Source: a virus
DNA length: 64,000 nt
Direction: 5' to 3' (one strand)
Virus record (IMG/VR): IMGVR_UViG_3300045116_000451
Span: 31,654 to 95,653 of that record
This document shows positions 10,556-20,948 of this stretch, in pieces. Made by a program: the position numbers and the translations under genes. The notes beneath the pieces are model-generated. The model was not told where the DNA came from. It saw only the letters and a list, made by a program, of their open reading frames with translations, and did not search any database. Every line of letters begins with the position of its first letter. The first letter of the stretch is position 1.

Positions 10556-10863
10556 CCGCCGTACCCCCCATCGGGACCGATCTGGAAGCAGTCGGGCTGA
10601 TAGAGGTACAGGTAGGTGACCTCGGGCCGGTTCTCGGCGGAAACGCGTTTTTCGATGAGTTCGGCGCCGACCGATTGCTGTACTCGCTTTTTCGCAAGCG
10701 GGTATGTGCGCTCGACGTTGGTTGCCCCACCGTAGTCTTGCGCGCGCTGCGCGAGAAACATGGTCGAAGAAACGCGCGTGATCGTGCCCACGAGCTTGCA
10801 GCCGAGGGGCGCTGCCATGAGGCCGTCACCGTAGGGGTTGTCGCCGTACTGTCCGATTGCCAT
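10552..10863 (-). CDS. hypothetical protein
   Basis: ATG 10863 preceded by TATCCT-N6. Confidence 0.6.
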   Translation of the reverse strand: MAIGQYGDNPYGDGLMAAPLGCKLVGTITRVSSTMFLAQRAQDYGGATNVERTYPLAKKRVQQSVGAELIEKRVSAENRPEVTYLYLYQPDCFQIGPDGGYGG

Positions 10864-10949
10864 GATCAAAGGATACGCCGCGCTGGCGCTCGTGGCAAGA
10901 CGGTGCGCCCGGCTTCTCGGATCTCGCGTTGCGCTGGTAGAGTGATCCG

Positions 10950-11456
10950 GTGCTTGAGGCCGAGCAGAGCAGCGCGACCGTCTCCGTCGAGTCGGGCAGA
11001 ATCGCCATCGTGCCCGTGCGGAAGCGCCCCTCTCGGGTGCTCTCGGAGTACTCGCTGTGCCTGCCGGCTGCGCAAGGTCGCTACGCCGTGCTGGTCGAGC
11101 CCGAGGTGAGGCCACGTCGGGGCGTGGTGACACGGCTGTCAATCCGGCGCGAGCAGGACGGGGCCGTCTCCGAGTCGAAACCGGGGCGGTTCGCGCTCAG
11201 CGTGCTGGCGCCGTTTCTGTACGTCGGCGATCCCGGCTTCCTGTACGGCAAGGAAGAAGTCGAAGAAGAAAAGCGCGCGATTTACGCGAGCACGGAGCCC
11301 CGATCCGCTGGCTCGTATCGAACGCGCGGTGGCGATGTCGCCGTGTGCGTGCGCATCGGCGGGAAGCTAGCTTCGCTCAGGGGGCAAACCCGCCTGGACG
11401 CGGCTGACGCGTTGGACGAGCTTGTGCTGGACCGGCTGCCCGACCCAGAAGCGTGA
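10950..11456 (+). CDS. hypothetical protein
   Basis: GTG start preceded by TAGAGT-N6. Confidence 0.6.
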   Translation: MLEAEQSSATVSVESGRIAIVPVRKRPSRVLSEYSLCLPAAQGRYAVLVEPEVRPRRGVVTRLSIRREQDGAVSESKPGRFALSVLAPFLYVGDPGFLYGKEEVEEEKRAIYASTEPRSAGSYRTRGGDVAVCVRIGGKLASLRGQTRLDAADALDELVLDRLPDPEA

Positions 11457-11457
11457 C

Positions 11458-11793
11458 TCACTGCGCGGGCGCGACGACGGCGGGCGCCGAGCCGGTCGCG
11501 CTCACAAGCTCGATCTTGCCGGCGATCCAGCAAGCCACGATGTTGTCCGGGTCGAGCGCGACGTCGATGCTCGTGCGGGGATCGGTCGGGTTGGCGTACG
11601 TGAGGATGGGTTGTCCGTTCTGGAGCCTGAGCTTGCCCTCGACGTGGTCGAGCGCGATCGGGGTGTTCGCGTATTGATCGGAGCCGCGCATTGCCATCGG
11701 CACGAAAGACCGCCCGGAGTAGCCGAGCAGAAACACGGCCTGCTTGAGTTGCACGAACACGATCTCGCCTTCCGCGAAGGACAAGTTGATCAT
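11458..11793 (-). CDS. hypothetical protein
   Basis: AGGAG RBS; ATG overlaps the glycosyltransferase stop. Confidence 0.6.
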   Translation of the reverse strand: MINLSFAEGEIVFVQLKQAVFLLGYSGRSFVPMAMRGSDQYANTPIALDHVEGKLRLQNGQPILTYANPTDPRTSIDVALDPDNIVACWIAGKIELVSATGSAPAVVAPAQ

Positions 11794-12884
11794 TGGTATT
11801 TTCTCCTGATGTCGTCCATCCAAGGTTGGATCTGGCGTGACCAGACCCACGCATGTGATAGCGTTTGTGCTTGGGCCACGGCGTCGCTGGCGTTCTGTTG
11901 CGCGTCACGCCGAGCTTGCTCGAGCGATTCCTTGATTGCGTGCGGGCTCGAATGGGGGGCGGTGCCGCCCGCGTCATAGATGGCCGGACCTTGACCGTCG
12001 AACGGAACGGGCACGACGCCGGGGATGGGCGCACCGTCCCGCAGCGCCCACTGCCGATGCCCCCCGCACAAGGTAACGATGACCGGAACGCCGCAGCAAA
12101 GGGCTTCCAGCGGGCAGAGGCCGAACCCTTCCCCGCGCGAAGGCTGCACCACGTAGTCGAAACACGAATAGACCCAGCGCATGCGCTCGGGAGCTGCGTT
12201 CAAGCGGCCCATGATCGAAACGTGGTCCACGTGTTCGTCGTACTCGTCTTCGAGGCGCGCGCGCGCCACGGCGAGTTGGGAGGCGGACACGACCACGGTC
12301 AAGTGAGCTTCGCGCCGATGGTCCCAGTCGGTGAACGCTCGGATGAGCGGCCAGGTGCCTTTTCTCTCCGTGCTCGACTCGGCCAGGTGAAGCAACGACA
12401 GCCCTGGCTTACGAAAGGCAGAAAACAGCTCGCTCGCTTCGAACTCGGCGCGCTCTTCTTTCGCGATAGGCGTCATGCACTCGGACACGCCGTGAGGCAC
12501 TACGGTGACCGGCAAGATGAACTCGGGCGGTGCGCCATCCACGATGACTTTCTTGGACCACTCGCTTGGCGTGAGCAGGCCCGTGCAAGAGCACATGACC
12601 GCATCGTAGATAGAAGGTGGTACCCAAGTTGAATTCGCCGCAAGCATGAACAGGCGCTCTTCGTGCCCGAACATGGCCATGTACCCGATCTCGAAAGGCA
12701 GCCCGCACACGAGCCCGACCGGCGCACCGGCTCCATGGCTTCCGACCTCGACGTCACCGATTCTGTTTGCGTAGCTCACGGAACCGGCGAGCAGGTTTTC
12801 TCGGTCGAGCGCGCTTGCGATACCGTGCGTGACGACCTGAAACGAGCCCCAGCCGACGGTCGAGCCGTAGACGCGCACGATCAT
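11790..12884 (-). CDS. Glycosyltransferase family 4 (GT-B)
   Basis: TPSEWS, VVPHGV, RKG, PSRGEGFGLCPLEA motif. Confidence 0.9.
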   Translation of the reverse strand: MIVRVYGSTVGWGSFQVVTHGIASALDRENLLAGSVSYANRIGDVEVGSHGAGAPVGLVCGLPFEIGYMAMFGHEERLFMLAANSTWVPPSIYDAVMCSCTGLLTPSEWSKKVIVDGAPPEFILPVTVVPHGVSECMTPIAKEERAEFEASELFSAFRKPGLSLLHLAESSTERKGTWPLIRAFTDWDHRREAHLTVVVSASQLAVARARLEDEYDEHVDHVSIMGRLNAAPERMRWVYSCFDYVVQPSRGEGFGLCPLEALCCGVPVIVTLCGGHRQWALRDGAPIPGVVPVPFDGQGPAIYDAGGTAPHSSPHAIKESLEQARRDAQQNASDAVAQAQTLSHAWVWSRQIQPWMDDIRRKYQ

Positions 12885-14281
12885 GGGCGCTCTCCGTCCA
12901 CGTTGATTCCCGCGGTTGGTGTCGAAGACCGACTAGTGAGTCGATCGACTTCACTGCGCATCTTGGCGCCGACGCGGTCGAGCGTGTAGGGGCTCGAATC
13001 GAACGCGTGCACGTAGTCGTCGCGTGACCTGAACGCGTAGACCAGGGCGACCTGAAGATGCGTCACACCGAAAGCCGACCAGACCGTGCCGACAGGCATC
13101 GCATACCAGCTCGGAATTTCGTAGCCCCATTCAGATTCGCCGATGCGAATGTCGCTCGGCGTGGCGTAATCGGAAGGGCCACCAAAGCCAGAGTAAATCA
13201 AGCGCAAGCCCATGACCTTCGCGTCGAACGCGGGCAAGTCGAATCCTTCGAAACGCCCGCTCGACACGTAGCAGTCGCACTCGGCGTACAAGCGTGCCAA
13301 GTCCGCGCGGTCGAAGCGCTGGTTCCAGAAGACGCGAATCTTCGCCAGGGCCTGCTCGCGCGTCCACAGGGAAGCCGAATAGCTAGTCAGGAAAGCTGCG
13401 TCGATGCTTTCGTAGGGGGTCGAGGGGTAGCCGGGGCTGCGCGCGAATGGCATGCATTTGAGGACAAGCTCGACCGGGTCGTCCGGAGAAAACGCCGAAA
13501 GGAAAGCTTCGACAAGCTCGTGCTGCGCTTTGCGCGGTTCCCATTTGCCGACGTGAAGAAAGCGATACGGTCGAGGTGCGCTCGAACGAGGCGTCGTGCG
13601 CATTGGATCCCGAAACGCCATGGGATGCGGGATGATCGCGATCTTGGAGCGGTCGAGGCCGCATGCGACGAGACCTTCTGCGTTGTGCCGGCACGGCACC
13701 CAGACACCGCCGAGCCGTCCGAGAAGCTCTACGGTTTCGGAGCCGAGCGTTTGTGTCTCGAAAGCCGCAAAGAGCACCGTCGAGGCGCGCGCGGCCGAGC
13801 GTTCTTCTCGTGTGCCCTGCGCGAGCCAGGCATTGCGAGCGACGCGTTCGACGTTGGCAATGCTCGGCACGACGTGACGGATGACGAGCGCGGTCTTCCC
13901 GTGCCTCAGATCCGCAACGTGGCCGATCTCGTCTCGGACGCTCTGGGGCAATTCCGAGTAGGTCACGCGCTCGACGAGCCCGTCGTTCGAGTGCGTGTGG
14001 CTCTCGCTTTGCAGAAACACGGGCAGGCCCGTGCGGCGCAGAGCGCAGGCGTTGCGACGAACGGCTACGCATACGCCGTCGGCCTCTGTTTCGTAGGGCC
14101 CTCGATAGATGACGCCGACGGAGTACTGGGCACCGTGCCCAGGCGCGAAGACAGGACCTTCAGCTTCGAGTTCCTGCTCGGCTCGTGTGCGTTCTTCGGC
14201 CGCGTCCCGATCGGCTCGTTCTGCGAGCGCTTGCTGGTAGCGCTCGAGGTCCTCGGCGCAGACGTGGGGGTCGCCAGGCAC
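12881..14281 (-). CDS. Glycosyltransferase family 4 (GT-B)
   Basis: FLHVGKWEPRK, DCYVSSGRFEGFDLPAFDA motif. Confidence 0.9.
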   Translation of the reverse strand: MPGDPHVCAEDLERYQQALAERADRDAAEERTRAEQELEAEGPVFAPGHGAQYSVGVIYRGPYETEADGVCVAVRRNACALRRTGLPVFLQSESHTHSNDGLVERVTYSELPQSVRDEIGHVADLRHGKTALVIRHVVPSIANVERVARNAWLAQGTREERSAARASTVLFAAFETQTLGSETVELLGRLGGVWVPCRHNAEGLVACGLDRSKIAIIPHPMAFRDPMRTTPRSSAPRPYRFLHVGKWEPRKAQHELVEAFLSAFSPDDPVELVLKCMPFARSPGYPSTPYESIDAAFLTSYSASLWTREQALAKIRVFWNQRFDRADLARLYAECDCYVSSGRFEGFDLPAFDAKVMGLRLIYSGFGGPSDYATPSDIRIGESEWGYEIPSWYAMPVGTVWSAFGVTHLQVALVYAFRSRDDYVHAFDSSPYTLDRVGAKMRSEVDRLTSRSSTPTAGINVDGERP

Positions 14282-14284
14282 GGG

Positions 14285-14944
14285 TCACCTCGTGCGGTAC
14301 AGGCGGTTCTTGTGCACCTTGAACGTGCAACCGCAGCCGACGCCCGCGCACCGGAGCGCGTCCGTGTCCATGATTGTGCCCGCGCTGCGGTAGAACTCCC
14401 GACCACCCGGCACCGTCGGGTTTTCGGCCCATCGGACCTCTCCCGCGCCTTTTTCGTCGATGTGCCAAGCCCGGTTTTTGTCGGAGACGCGACATTGCGC
14501 GAAGCCCTGGTTCACGCCGCGAGCGACGCATTCAGGGCAGACGAAAATGAGGATCTTTTCGCCCGTGATGTCGTCGGTCACAAGCTCACAAAGCTCGGTG
14601 ATGGCCCGGCCGTCGCGGTACTCATAATAGAGCGCCACTTTGGGGCTCGCGACCGGATCGGCGAACTGGTGAGCGTACAGAGCCGCTCCACCGTGCTCGA
14701 TCGGGATCGCTCCGAGCTTGTTTTCTGCGTCGTATTCTGCTCGGCGAGCTTTCGCGTCCGCAACTTGCTCGGCGAGCTGCGTGTCGAACCGGCTGCTCGT
14801 CGTGCCCCCTTGGACCCAGGTCGTCAGCTTGTAGGGCCCTTCAGCAGGCGGCTCGGCCGCACTGGGCGTCTCGGGCGACGCGGGCTCGCTCGGAGCGTCA
14901 GTCGGTTGCTCTGGGATGCAGGAGCTTTCTTCGGCCTGGCTCAT
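14285..14944 (-). CDS. hypothetical Zn-binding protein
   Basis: CPEC...CAGVGC pairs. Confidence 0.65.
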   Translation of the reverse strand: MSQAEESSCIPEQPTDAPSEPASPETPSAAEPPAEGPYKLTTWVQGGTTSSRFDTQLAEQVADAKARRAEYDAENKLGAIPIEHGGAALYAHQFADPVASPKVALYYEYRDGRAITELCELVTDDITGEKILIFVCPECVARGVNQGFAQCRVSDKNRAWHIDEKGAGEVRWAENPTVPGGREFYRSAGTIMDTDALRCAGVGCGCTFKVHKNRLYRTR

Positions 14945-14975
14945 GCGGTGAAAATCGCACGAAGCCTCGGAGCGA

Positions 14976-15386
14976 TCAAGCCCTCTTTTGCCACGCGAGG
15001 TACGAGAAGACGGCGGCCGCGATGGCGCCGACCGCGGTCACGCCGCCCATGATCTTGATGGGCAGCATGGACTTGTCGATGTTGGCCTGCACGGTCGGCC
15101 AACTCTGGTTGACCACGTACTGGATGAGCCCCTGCGCGCCCCCCTGAAGCAGTCCCTGCAGGTCAGAGACCGCGTCTCCCATCCCGCAGCCGCGAAGGCC
15201 GGGGGGCACATGCGAGCGCAGCTGGGACATGTAGGTGTGCGCTCCGAGGCCGTCCAGGAAGCGGGGGCCGGCGGCCGCGGGCGAGTACATGGCCTGCGGG
15301 ATCGCCGGGTTGTGCGTGCCTGCCTGGAAAGCTTCGAACGCAAGGCCCGGCGTGGGCTGGACCGGCTGCTGCGGGAAGTAGCTCAT
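14976..15386 (-). CDS. putative virion membrane protein
   Basis: C-terminal TM helix then QKRA; LDGLG motif. Confidence 0.7.
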   Translation of the reverse strand: MSYFPQQPVQPTPGLAFEAFQAGTHNPAIPQAMYSPAAAGPRFLDGLGAHTYMSQLRSHVPPGLRGCGMGDAVSDLQGLLQGGAQGLIQYVVNQSWPTVQANIDKSMLPIKIMGGVTAVGAIAAAVFSYLAWQKRA

Positions 15387-16012
15387 TTCTGCCTGCTCCT
15401 TCTCACCGCAGCATACGCCTCGTCGATCGCCTTGAACAGCTTCGCGTCCAGCTCCGCGCCTTCCTTGTCGCGCCCAGCTCGGTCTGGGTGGTAGCGCGCC
15501 ACGAGCTTCTTGTAGGCGCGTTTCACGTCCTGGTCGTCGGCGTCTGGATCGACCCCGAGCGTTCTGTAGGCCCACGCGAGGTCACCGTTCGACCCGGGCG
15601 AACGAACGGGAGGGCGCCATCGCTTCACGTGCTGCGCGGCCGTACGCATGCACGGAAAGCACACGACCGTGGCGTCCATGGCGACCAGGCAGTGCCCAAC
15701 GCACACGGGCATCCCGCAGAGCAGGCAACAAGCAGCGGCCTGGGCGCCGCACCACTCGTCGGGCTTTCGCTCGAACGCGCACACGTGCGGGCCATCGACC
15801 GGCAGCACCCACTTCGAAGGCGCGAAACGAGCGACGTTCGCGGCCCAGGGCAACAGGACCGTGAGAAGCAGACGCTGCGCGCTTTCGTCCAGGTACGATT
15901 CGATAGTCTGAGCGAGCGAGCCAAGCTGCGCGAGCGTGTGCAAAGATTCAGCGGTTTTGGCGCTCGGACGGCCACCCGCCATCGCTTGCCGGAACATGTC
16001 GAGAAGAGGCAC
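15383..16012 (-). CDS. J-domain (DnaJ-like) protein with Cys-rich Zn finger
   Basis: AYRTLGV...VKRAYKKLVARYHPDR...FKAIDEAY; CLLCGMPVCVGHC upstream. Confidence 0.9.
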   Translation of the reverse strand: MPLLDMFRQAMAGGRPSAKTAESLHTLAQLGSLAQTIESYLDESAQRLLLTVLLPWAANVARFAPSKWVLPVDGPHVCAFERKPDEWCGAQAAACCLLCGMPVCVGHCLVAMDATVVCFPCMRTAAQHVKRWRPPVRSPGSNGDLAWAYRTLGVDPDADDQDVKRAYKKLVARYHPDRAGRDKEGAELDAKLFKAIDEAYAAVRRSRQK

Positions 16013-16030
16013 GCGATCGAGCTTACCACA

Positions 16031-16258
16031 TCAGGGCCTCGGCTGGGCGCGCGAAACCCATTCGCGGGGAAGGTAGCGGGCTAGGTAGATGCCCGCACCG
16101 AGCCCAAGCGCGACCGACCCCGCTGCTACGATCCAGACCGGGATGCGCCGCTGCGAGAACTCGCGCACGTCCTCGGTTCCGAGCCCGGCGAGCAGCCCCG
16201 CGGCCGCGAGAAGCTTGTCGGTCACGTGAGGGTTGGCGAGCAGGATGGACGCGCCCAC
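16031..16258 (-). CDS. small membrane protein
   Basis: C-terminal TM helix. Confidence 0.55.
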   Translation of the reverse strand: MGASILLANPHVTDKLLAAAGLLAGLGTEDVREFSQRRIPVWIVAAGSVALGLGAGIYLARYLPREWVSRAQPRP

Positions 16259-16264
16259 GGCAGC

Positions 16265-17167
16265 TCAGTACCTGCGTGCGCCAGCGCGCAGCGTGAACAC
16301 GTCCCGCGACAGATCGACAGGAGGCTGCCCAAGACCCCGGATGCCCTTGTACGTTGCGCTGCTTGAAGCGCTCGCCGGCCGCGGCATGGGCGGCCGGAAG
16401 GCCGCGCTTGGCTGGGCGCTGTAGCGCGGCGGCGACGGAGCGCGTTGCATGGACGACATCGTGGCCGATGCGGGTGCCGGCCCGAAGGCCCCGGGGCTCG
16501 CGCTCGGCGCGGCGTAACTTGCCGAGGGCAACGTTCCGCCCCAGCGGCTGGCCGTGCTCGAGATCGCTCGCGACGCCGCGCGCCAGGCCGAACCGATGAT
16601 GCCCTGGCTGCCAGCGGGCTGCACGCCCGAGGGCATCGCGGTCTGCGAAACAGGCGCTACGTAGCCGGGGCCTGCCGGCGTGACGCTACCGGGCGCGAAC
16701 GGCCCCAAGCTCGCGCCGGGGGTCGTGCCCGCTGGCTTGCCAGGTCCGATCCCGCCGCCGCCTGGCAAGGGCATGGCGCCCGGCAGCGGGCCGCCGCTCG
16801 GCCATGCCCCGCCTCCGGGCTCGGGCAAGGCGCTCCAGGGCGACCCGGAGGGAAGGTACCCGCCGCCACCACCGCCATCCCCTCCGCCTCCACCTCCGCC
16901 GCCCCCTTGCTCGGCCGCGACTTCTTCGGGGGACTTTTTCGTGAGGAAGTGACAGATCAGGCCGGCGAGCAGCCCCGCGGCAGACCCCACGGCCGCTCCC
17001 TTGCCCCTCGATGGCTTGTAGGAGAGAGCGCCGATGCCTGCGCCACCAGCCAGGCCTGCGCCGAAGCACGCCAGGCTGCGCCAGTGCAAATCGAAGAAGC
17101 TCGGCTGGGCGCCGGTCGCGTCCGTGCCGAAGCCAGCCAAGGCCACGATGCAAGAGGGACAGGTCAT
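16265..17167 (-). CDS. Gly/Pro-rich putative virion membrane protein
   Basis: Two hydrophobic helices, poly-Gly, LAGFG and IRGLG motifs. Confidence 0.7.
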   Translation of the reverse strand: MTCPSCIVALAGFGTDATGAQPSFFDLHWRSLACFGAGLAGGAGIGALSYKPSRGKGAAVGSAAGLLAGLICHFLTKKSPEEVAAEQGGGGGGGGGDGGGGGGYLPSGSPWSALPEPGGGAWPSGGPLPGAMPLPGGGGIGPGKPAGTTPGASLGPFAPGSVTPAGPGYVAPVSQTAMPSGVQPAGSQGIIGSAWRAASRAISSTASRWGGTLPSASYAAPSASPGAFGPAPASATMSSMQRAPSPPRYSAQPSAAFRPPMPRPASASSSATYKGIRGLGQPPVDLSRDVFTLRAGARRY

Positions 17168-17210
17168 GCGCTGATCCTACGAGCGAGGGGCTTTTTGCCC
17201 AAGGCGCGCG

Positions 17211-18182
17211 TCACCATCTTTCGGCGGCGCGCGGCGCGAGCAGCTTGCGGGCCGCGAGATAGCCTAGCGACAACCCGACGACGAGCATGGCGGCCTTCTC
17301 CCAGCCCTTGGCCTTGGCGAGCACTTGTTGCAGGCCGCTGCCACCAGGCGGAACGACGCCGGTCGGAGGTCCGAGCCCGGGAGGCACTACCGGGGGGCCT
17401 ACTTGCGTGGTTGCCGCGACCACAAGCGGCTTGAGCGTCTTGGGGTCGAACGCCGAGCCCGTCGCGATTCCGTAGCCGCCCGTGCCGAGATACGGCGGGT
17501 TCGAAGCCCACGCGTTGTCGGGCAGTCGGTCGTGCACCTTGGCGTACACGTACGAGTAGCCCCATGGCAGCGCCGCGTCTGGGACGCGCCGGTATTCCCA
17601 GTACGCCTGGTTCGAGATCCAAAAAGAGAGCGCGGCCCTCTGCCAGACGTCGGTGTCGATGTCGCCCGATGAAAAGCTTGCTTCGAGCGGCATCAGGCCG
17701 ACGACGAACACCTTGGGCGTTCCGCGGCTGCCGGCGAGCGCGTTCGCGAGGTACTGCTTCCAACGCTGCACTTGCGTGGCGAAGCTTTTCTCGGTCGCGT
17801 TCGGCTGGAACACGAGATCCACGGTCCAGGTGCCTGCCCCTGCCTGCAAGCTTTCGTTCCACGAGTCGCCGAACGGAAGGGTGTAGGTGTGCGGTTCTAG
17901 GTACTTCACCACGTCGCCGTTTGGCACGTGACGAAGCGCAACGCCCTTGACTTGATAGGGTCCGGCAAGCTCGCCCGTGACGGCGAACGTAGCGCCGACC
18001 TTTTTCGCAAGGTCAACGAGCAGGTGCGCGGGAGGGACGTCGAGTTCCCAGTCGTGCAGGACGACGCGAAGAACGTGATCGATGCCCCCCTCGAACGTTG
18101 CGCTCGGGGCCGCCAGCGACCAGCCTGCGAGCAGGAAGTTGTCGTAGCTGCGAAGGGCCTGGTAAAGCTCGGTGTCTGACAT
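17211..18182 (-). CDS. putative virion protein with C-terminal TM anchor
   Basis: 323 aa, AAMLVVGLSLGYLAA then RK. Confidence 0.7.
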   Translation of the reverse strand: MSDTELYQALRSYDNFLLAGWSLAAPSATFEGGIDHVLRVVLHDWELDVPPAHLLVDLAKKVGATFAVTGELAGPYQVKGVALRHVPNGDVVKYLEPHTYTLPFGDSWNESLQAGAGTWTVDLVFQPNATEKSFATQVQRWKQYLANALAGSRGTPKVFVVGLMPLEASFSSGDIDTDVWQRAALSFWISNQAYWEYRRVPDAALPWGYSYVYAKVHDRLPDNAWASNPPYLGTGGYGIATGSAFDPKTLKPLVVAATTQVGPPVVPPGLGPPTGVVPPGGSGLQQVLAKAKGWEKAAMLVVGLSLGYLAARKLLAPRAAERW

Positions 18183-18280
18183 GCGGAACCCCGGGTTCGA
18201 GATCGGCCAGGGTGCGCTCGGGCTTGTTGTTTGCCGTCGCGACCGCGTGCGATCCTACGCCGGGGTTCCGAGATCGACCA

Positions 18281-19075
18281 CTACCGCAGGCTCTCGCTCA
18301 GGTCACGCTCGATCTGCTTGAGCAGCATGGCCGGGCACTTGTAGCCCATCACCTCGCCCTGGATGAAGGCGACCGGGCTTTCGATCTGCCGGTACACGAC
18401 GCCCGTCATGGTGAAGATGACGTCCTCGTAGACGTACTCGGTGAAGGGAGCATCGGGGGCGCCGTAGCGGCGCGGCGTCTGAGGCATGACGCTGGAGCCG
18501 TATCCCGCGGCGGAAGCGTACTGCGTGGCCGCCGCGATGATGAAGTCGGCCGCGGTCTGCTGGCGGATGGGCACGATGGGCCCGCGGCTCATCTGGCTGG
18601 ACTGCGTGCGCAGCGTGCTTGGGATCGGGTCGAGCCGGTAGCGCAGGTTGCCCGGGTTCTGGTTGTTCATGCGCACGACGTAGCCGAGCGAGCCCGACAA
18701 GCGGCCCTCATCGAGCGGCACGAAGTCGAACGCGTTCACGCCGCTGAAGCGATACGGCTGGATGCGGTAGTCCAGGAGAATGATGGCCTGCCCGACGTCG
18801 GCCTTTACGGCTCCGATCTCGAAGCTCGTCGGGCTGGTCGGCGATCGTGCCGGGTCGAACCACGCCTCGTTCGGCTCGACCCGGAAAAGCTCGTGGTAGG
18901 GCTTGGTCTCGGGGTTGCGGGCGATCTTCGCCATGATGGCGCCCGCTTCCGAGACCACGGACGAGGCGCCGGTGCCTGGTTGGCCGGACCAAGGCGGCGG
19001 AATGGGAGCGCTCGGATCGAGCGGGCACCCCTCTCGGTTCAGGGGCCCCGTGTGCAACGGAAAAGGCTTCGGCAC
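18281..19075 (-). CDS. putative minor capsid (jelly-roll-like) protein
   Basis: Beta-rich pattern, adjacent to the capsid candidates; fold is inference. Confidence 0.45.
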   Translation of the reverse strand: MPKPFPLHTGPLNREGCPLDPSAPIPPPWSGQPGTGASSVVSEAGAIMAKIARNPETKPYHELFRVEPNEAWFDPARSPTSPTSFEIGAVKADVGQAIILLDYRIQPYRFSGVNAFDFVPLDEGRLSGSLGYVVRMNNQNPGNLRYRLDPIPSTLRTQSSQMSRGPIVPIRQQTAADFIIAAATQYASAAGYGSSVMPQTPRRYGAPDAPFTEYVYEDVIFTMTGVVYRQIESPVAFIQGEVMGYKCPAMLLKQIERDLSESLR

Positions 19076-19094
19076 GGCGACCTCCTAGAGCCCG

Positions 19095-20078
19095 TCAAAT
19101 CATGCGCACGCCAGCCGGCTGCAGGATTCGGAACCCGAGCAGACCGACGATGACCACGCCGTCGGGCTTGCGAATGATGGTGTCCTGCACGCCCTCGTCG
19201 CATTCCCATTGCGAGTAGCCGATGCCTTCGTGGCCGTCGTACTGGCCCGCGAGGTAGGGCATCGAGCCCACGATCGCCTGGATGTTGCCGGCGATGGGAT
19301 TGTTGATGTGCATGGGCTCCAGTTCCAACTCGATCGTTTCGCCCTTCTCCCAGTAGTCGAGAACTGGCAGCGTGAGCATCTGCTCCATGCCGGGGGCCCA
19401 CAGGCTCGACGGGACTTTGTCGGACTGGCGAGGGTAAACCGCGCCCTTGAGCGAGATCCAGCCGTCCCACTCCATCGTACGGAACGGAGATTGGTTGGTC
19501 GCGCGGTGCGGCACGGCGCCAAGGGGCGTCGTTTGCGGCGGCACGCACCCCTCGTTGCCCAGGTTCCAGCTCCAATCCCATCCGTTCATGGCGTCCATGA
19601 AGTCGAGCACGCTCGAGATGGGACGCTGCCTGCCCCAGGAGCGCCCTTCGAAACGCTGTACGTTCTGGCCGTCGGTCACTTCGAACCCGTACAGGGACAC
19701 GAACGTCGCGTAGCGCGCAACGGCGACGAAAGGCCCGTCCTGCGAGATCGTGAAGCTGCCCGAGACGCCCGTTTGAAGGTTCGCGGGCACGGCGATCTGA
19801 ATGGGGATGTCGAACGGGATCCTGCGGCCCGGGATGTCCTCGATGGCGAGCATGTCGGGCGTTCCGAGAAGGGTCCCTCCGCCCTTGGAGCCTCGGACCT
19901 TCATGCCTTCGAGCATGCCGCCCATGCGCTGGATGGCGGCGGCGTGCGCGGCGTGCGAGCGGCGAAGCTCGTCGTGAGCGGCGCCGAGCCTGCGGCTCGC
20001 CTCGACCGCTTCTCGGGCGGCGCGATTCGCGCCGTCCGTCATCTGCTGGATACGTGCCCAGATTTGGTTGATGTCCAT
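19095..20078 (-). CDS. putative capsid/penton protein with N-terminal coiled coil
   Basis: N-terminal heptads then beta-rich domain ending VIVGLLGFRI; strong codon bias. Confidence 0.5.
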   Translation of the reverse strand: MDINQIWARIQQMTDGANRAAREAVEASRRLGAAHDELRRSHAAHAAAIQRMGGMLEGMKVRGSKGGGTLLGTPDMLAIEDIPGRRIPFDIPIQIAVPANLQTGVSGSFTISQDGPFVAVARYATFVSLYGFEVTDGQNVQRFEGRSWGRQRPISSVLDFMDAMNGWDWSWNLGNEGCVPPQTTPLGAVPHRATNQSPFRTMEWDGWISLKGAVYPRQSDKVPSSLWAPGMEQMLTLPVLDYWEKGETIELELEPMHINNPIAGNIQAIVGSMPYLAGQYDGHEGIGYSQWECDEGVQDTIIRKPDGVVIVGLLGFRILQPAGVRMI

Positions 20079-20180
20079 CTGTCGCTCCTTGCGCCTTCGA
20101 GCGCGGAGTCACCGGCCCCCGGGATCTCCGAGGGCCGGCGCGATCAGGGATGCGAAGCGGGCCCGGCGGCCCGCCCCGGG

Positions 20181-20948
20181 CTACTGCACGTCGCGGCTCA
20201 GCAGGCCGTCGATCGTCATCGACACGACCTTGGTGATCGCGTCGACGGCGTTCAGGTTGCTGATGGGGTCGCGCATGTTGCGGTTCTGGTTGGTCGCGGT
20301 GCCGAAGACGGTCGCGTTGCCGCCGTCCGGGTACGCGACGCCCTGGACGCTCACCTTGATGAACTGGCGAGGCGTGATCGTGATGGCGCGCGCGATGCGC
20401 AGGATCGCCGCGTGCGTCGAGTCACCGTTCTGCCAGTGGATGAGGTCGGTCGGGCCACCGTTGTCGCCGCTCAGGCCGCCGCCGTACGGGAAGTACATCG
20501 TCGGCATCGACTTGAGCGAGTCCTTCTCGCCGGCTCCGAGCGTCCAGAACAGGCCCTCGGCGCACTGCGAGTGCAGGCGGTAGACGTCGTAGAGGTCGCC
20601 CGGCGCGTTGCCGATGGCGACACCGCCCGGACCGTTCGGCCACACGATGGCGTCGCCCGGCGTGACGTGGCCCCAGTCGCCGTTGACGGCGACAGGGCCC
20701 GCGGGATCCAGCACGCGCTGGATCGGCGCGCGGAACCAGAGCATGACCCGCGCGGCCAGGATGATCATGCTCGAGTCGTTCGGCAGGATCGCGCTGGTCT
20801 TGAGGTTGGTGAAGCCCTCGTCGCGGCCCTGCAGGATGAACAGGTCCGTCTGGGGGTTGAGCCCGCCGGGGCTGATGCCGAACGTCCTGATGAGGGCGTC
20901 TCGGTACGGCTGGTGGACTCGCTCGCGCACATTCAGAATCTTTGCCAT
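20181..20948 (-). CDS. putative major capsid protein (single jelly-roll-like)
   Basis: 255 aa, very high GC3, GGAG RBS, follows core protein; QPYRD...TNL..SAILP...IDGLLSRDVQ pattern; no TM. Confidence 0.6.
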   Translation of the reverse strand: MAKILNVRERVHQPYRDALIRTFGISPGGLNPQTDLFILQGRDEGFTNLKTSAILPNDSSMIILAARVMLWFRAPIQRVLDPAGPVAVNGDWGHVTPGDAIVWPNGPGGVAIGNAPGDLYDVYRLHSQCAEGLFWTLGAGEKDSLKSMPTMYFPYGGGLSGDNGGPTDLIHWQNGDSTHAAILRIARAITITPRQFIKVSVQGVAYPDGGNATVFGTATNQNRNMRDPISNLNAVDAITKVVSMTIDGLLSRDVQ

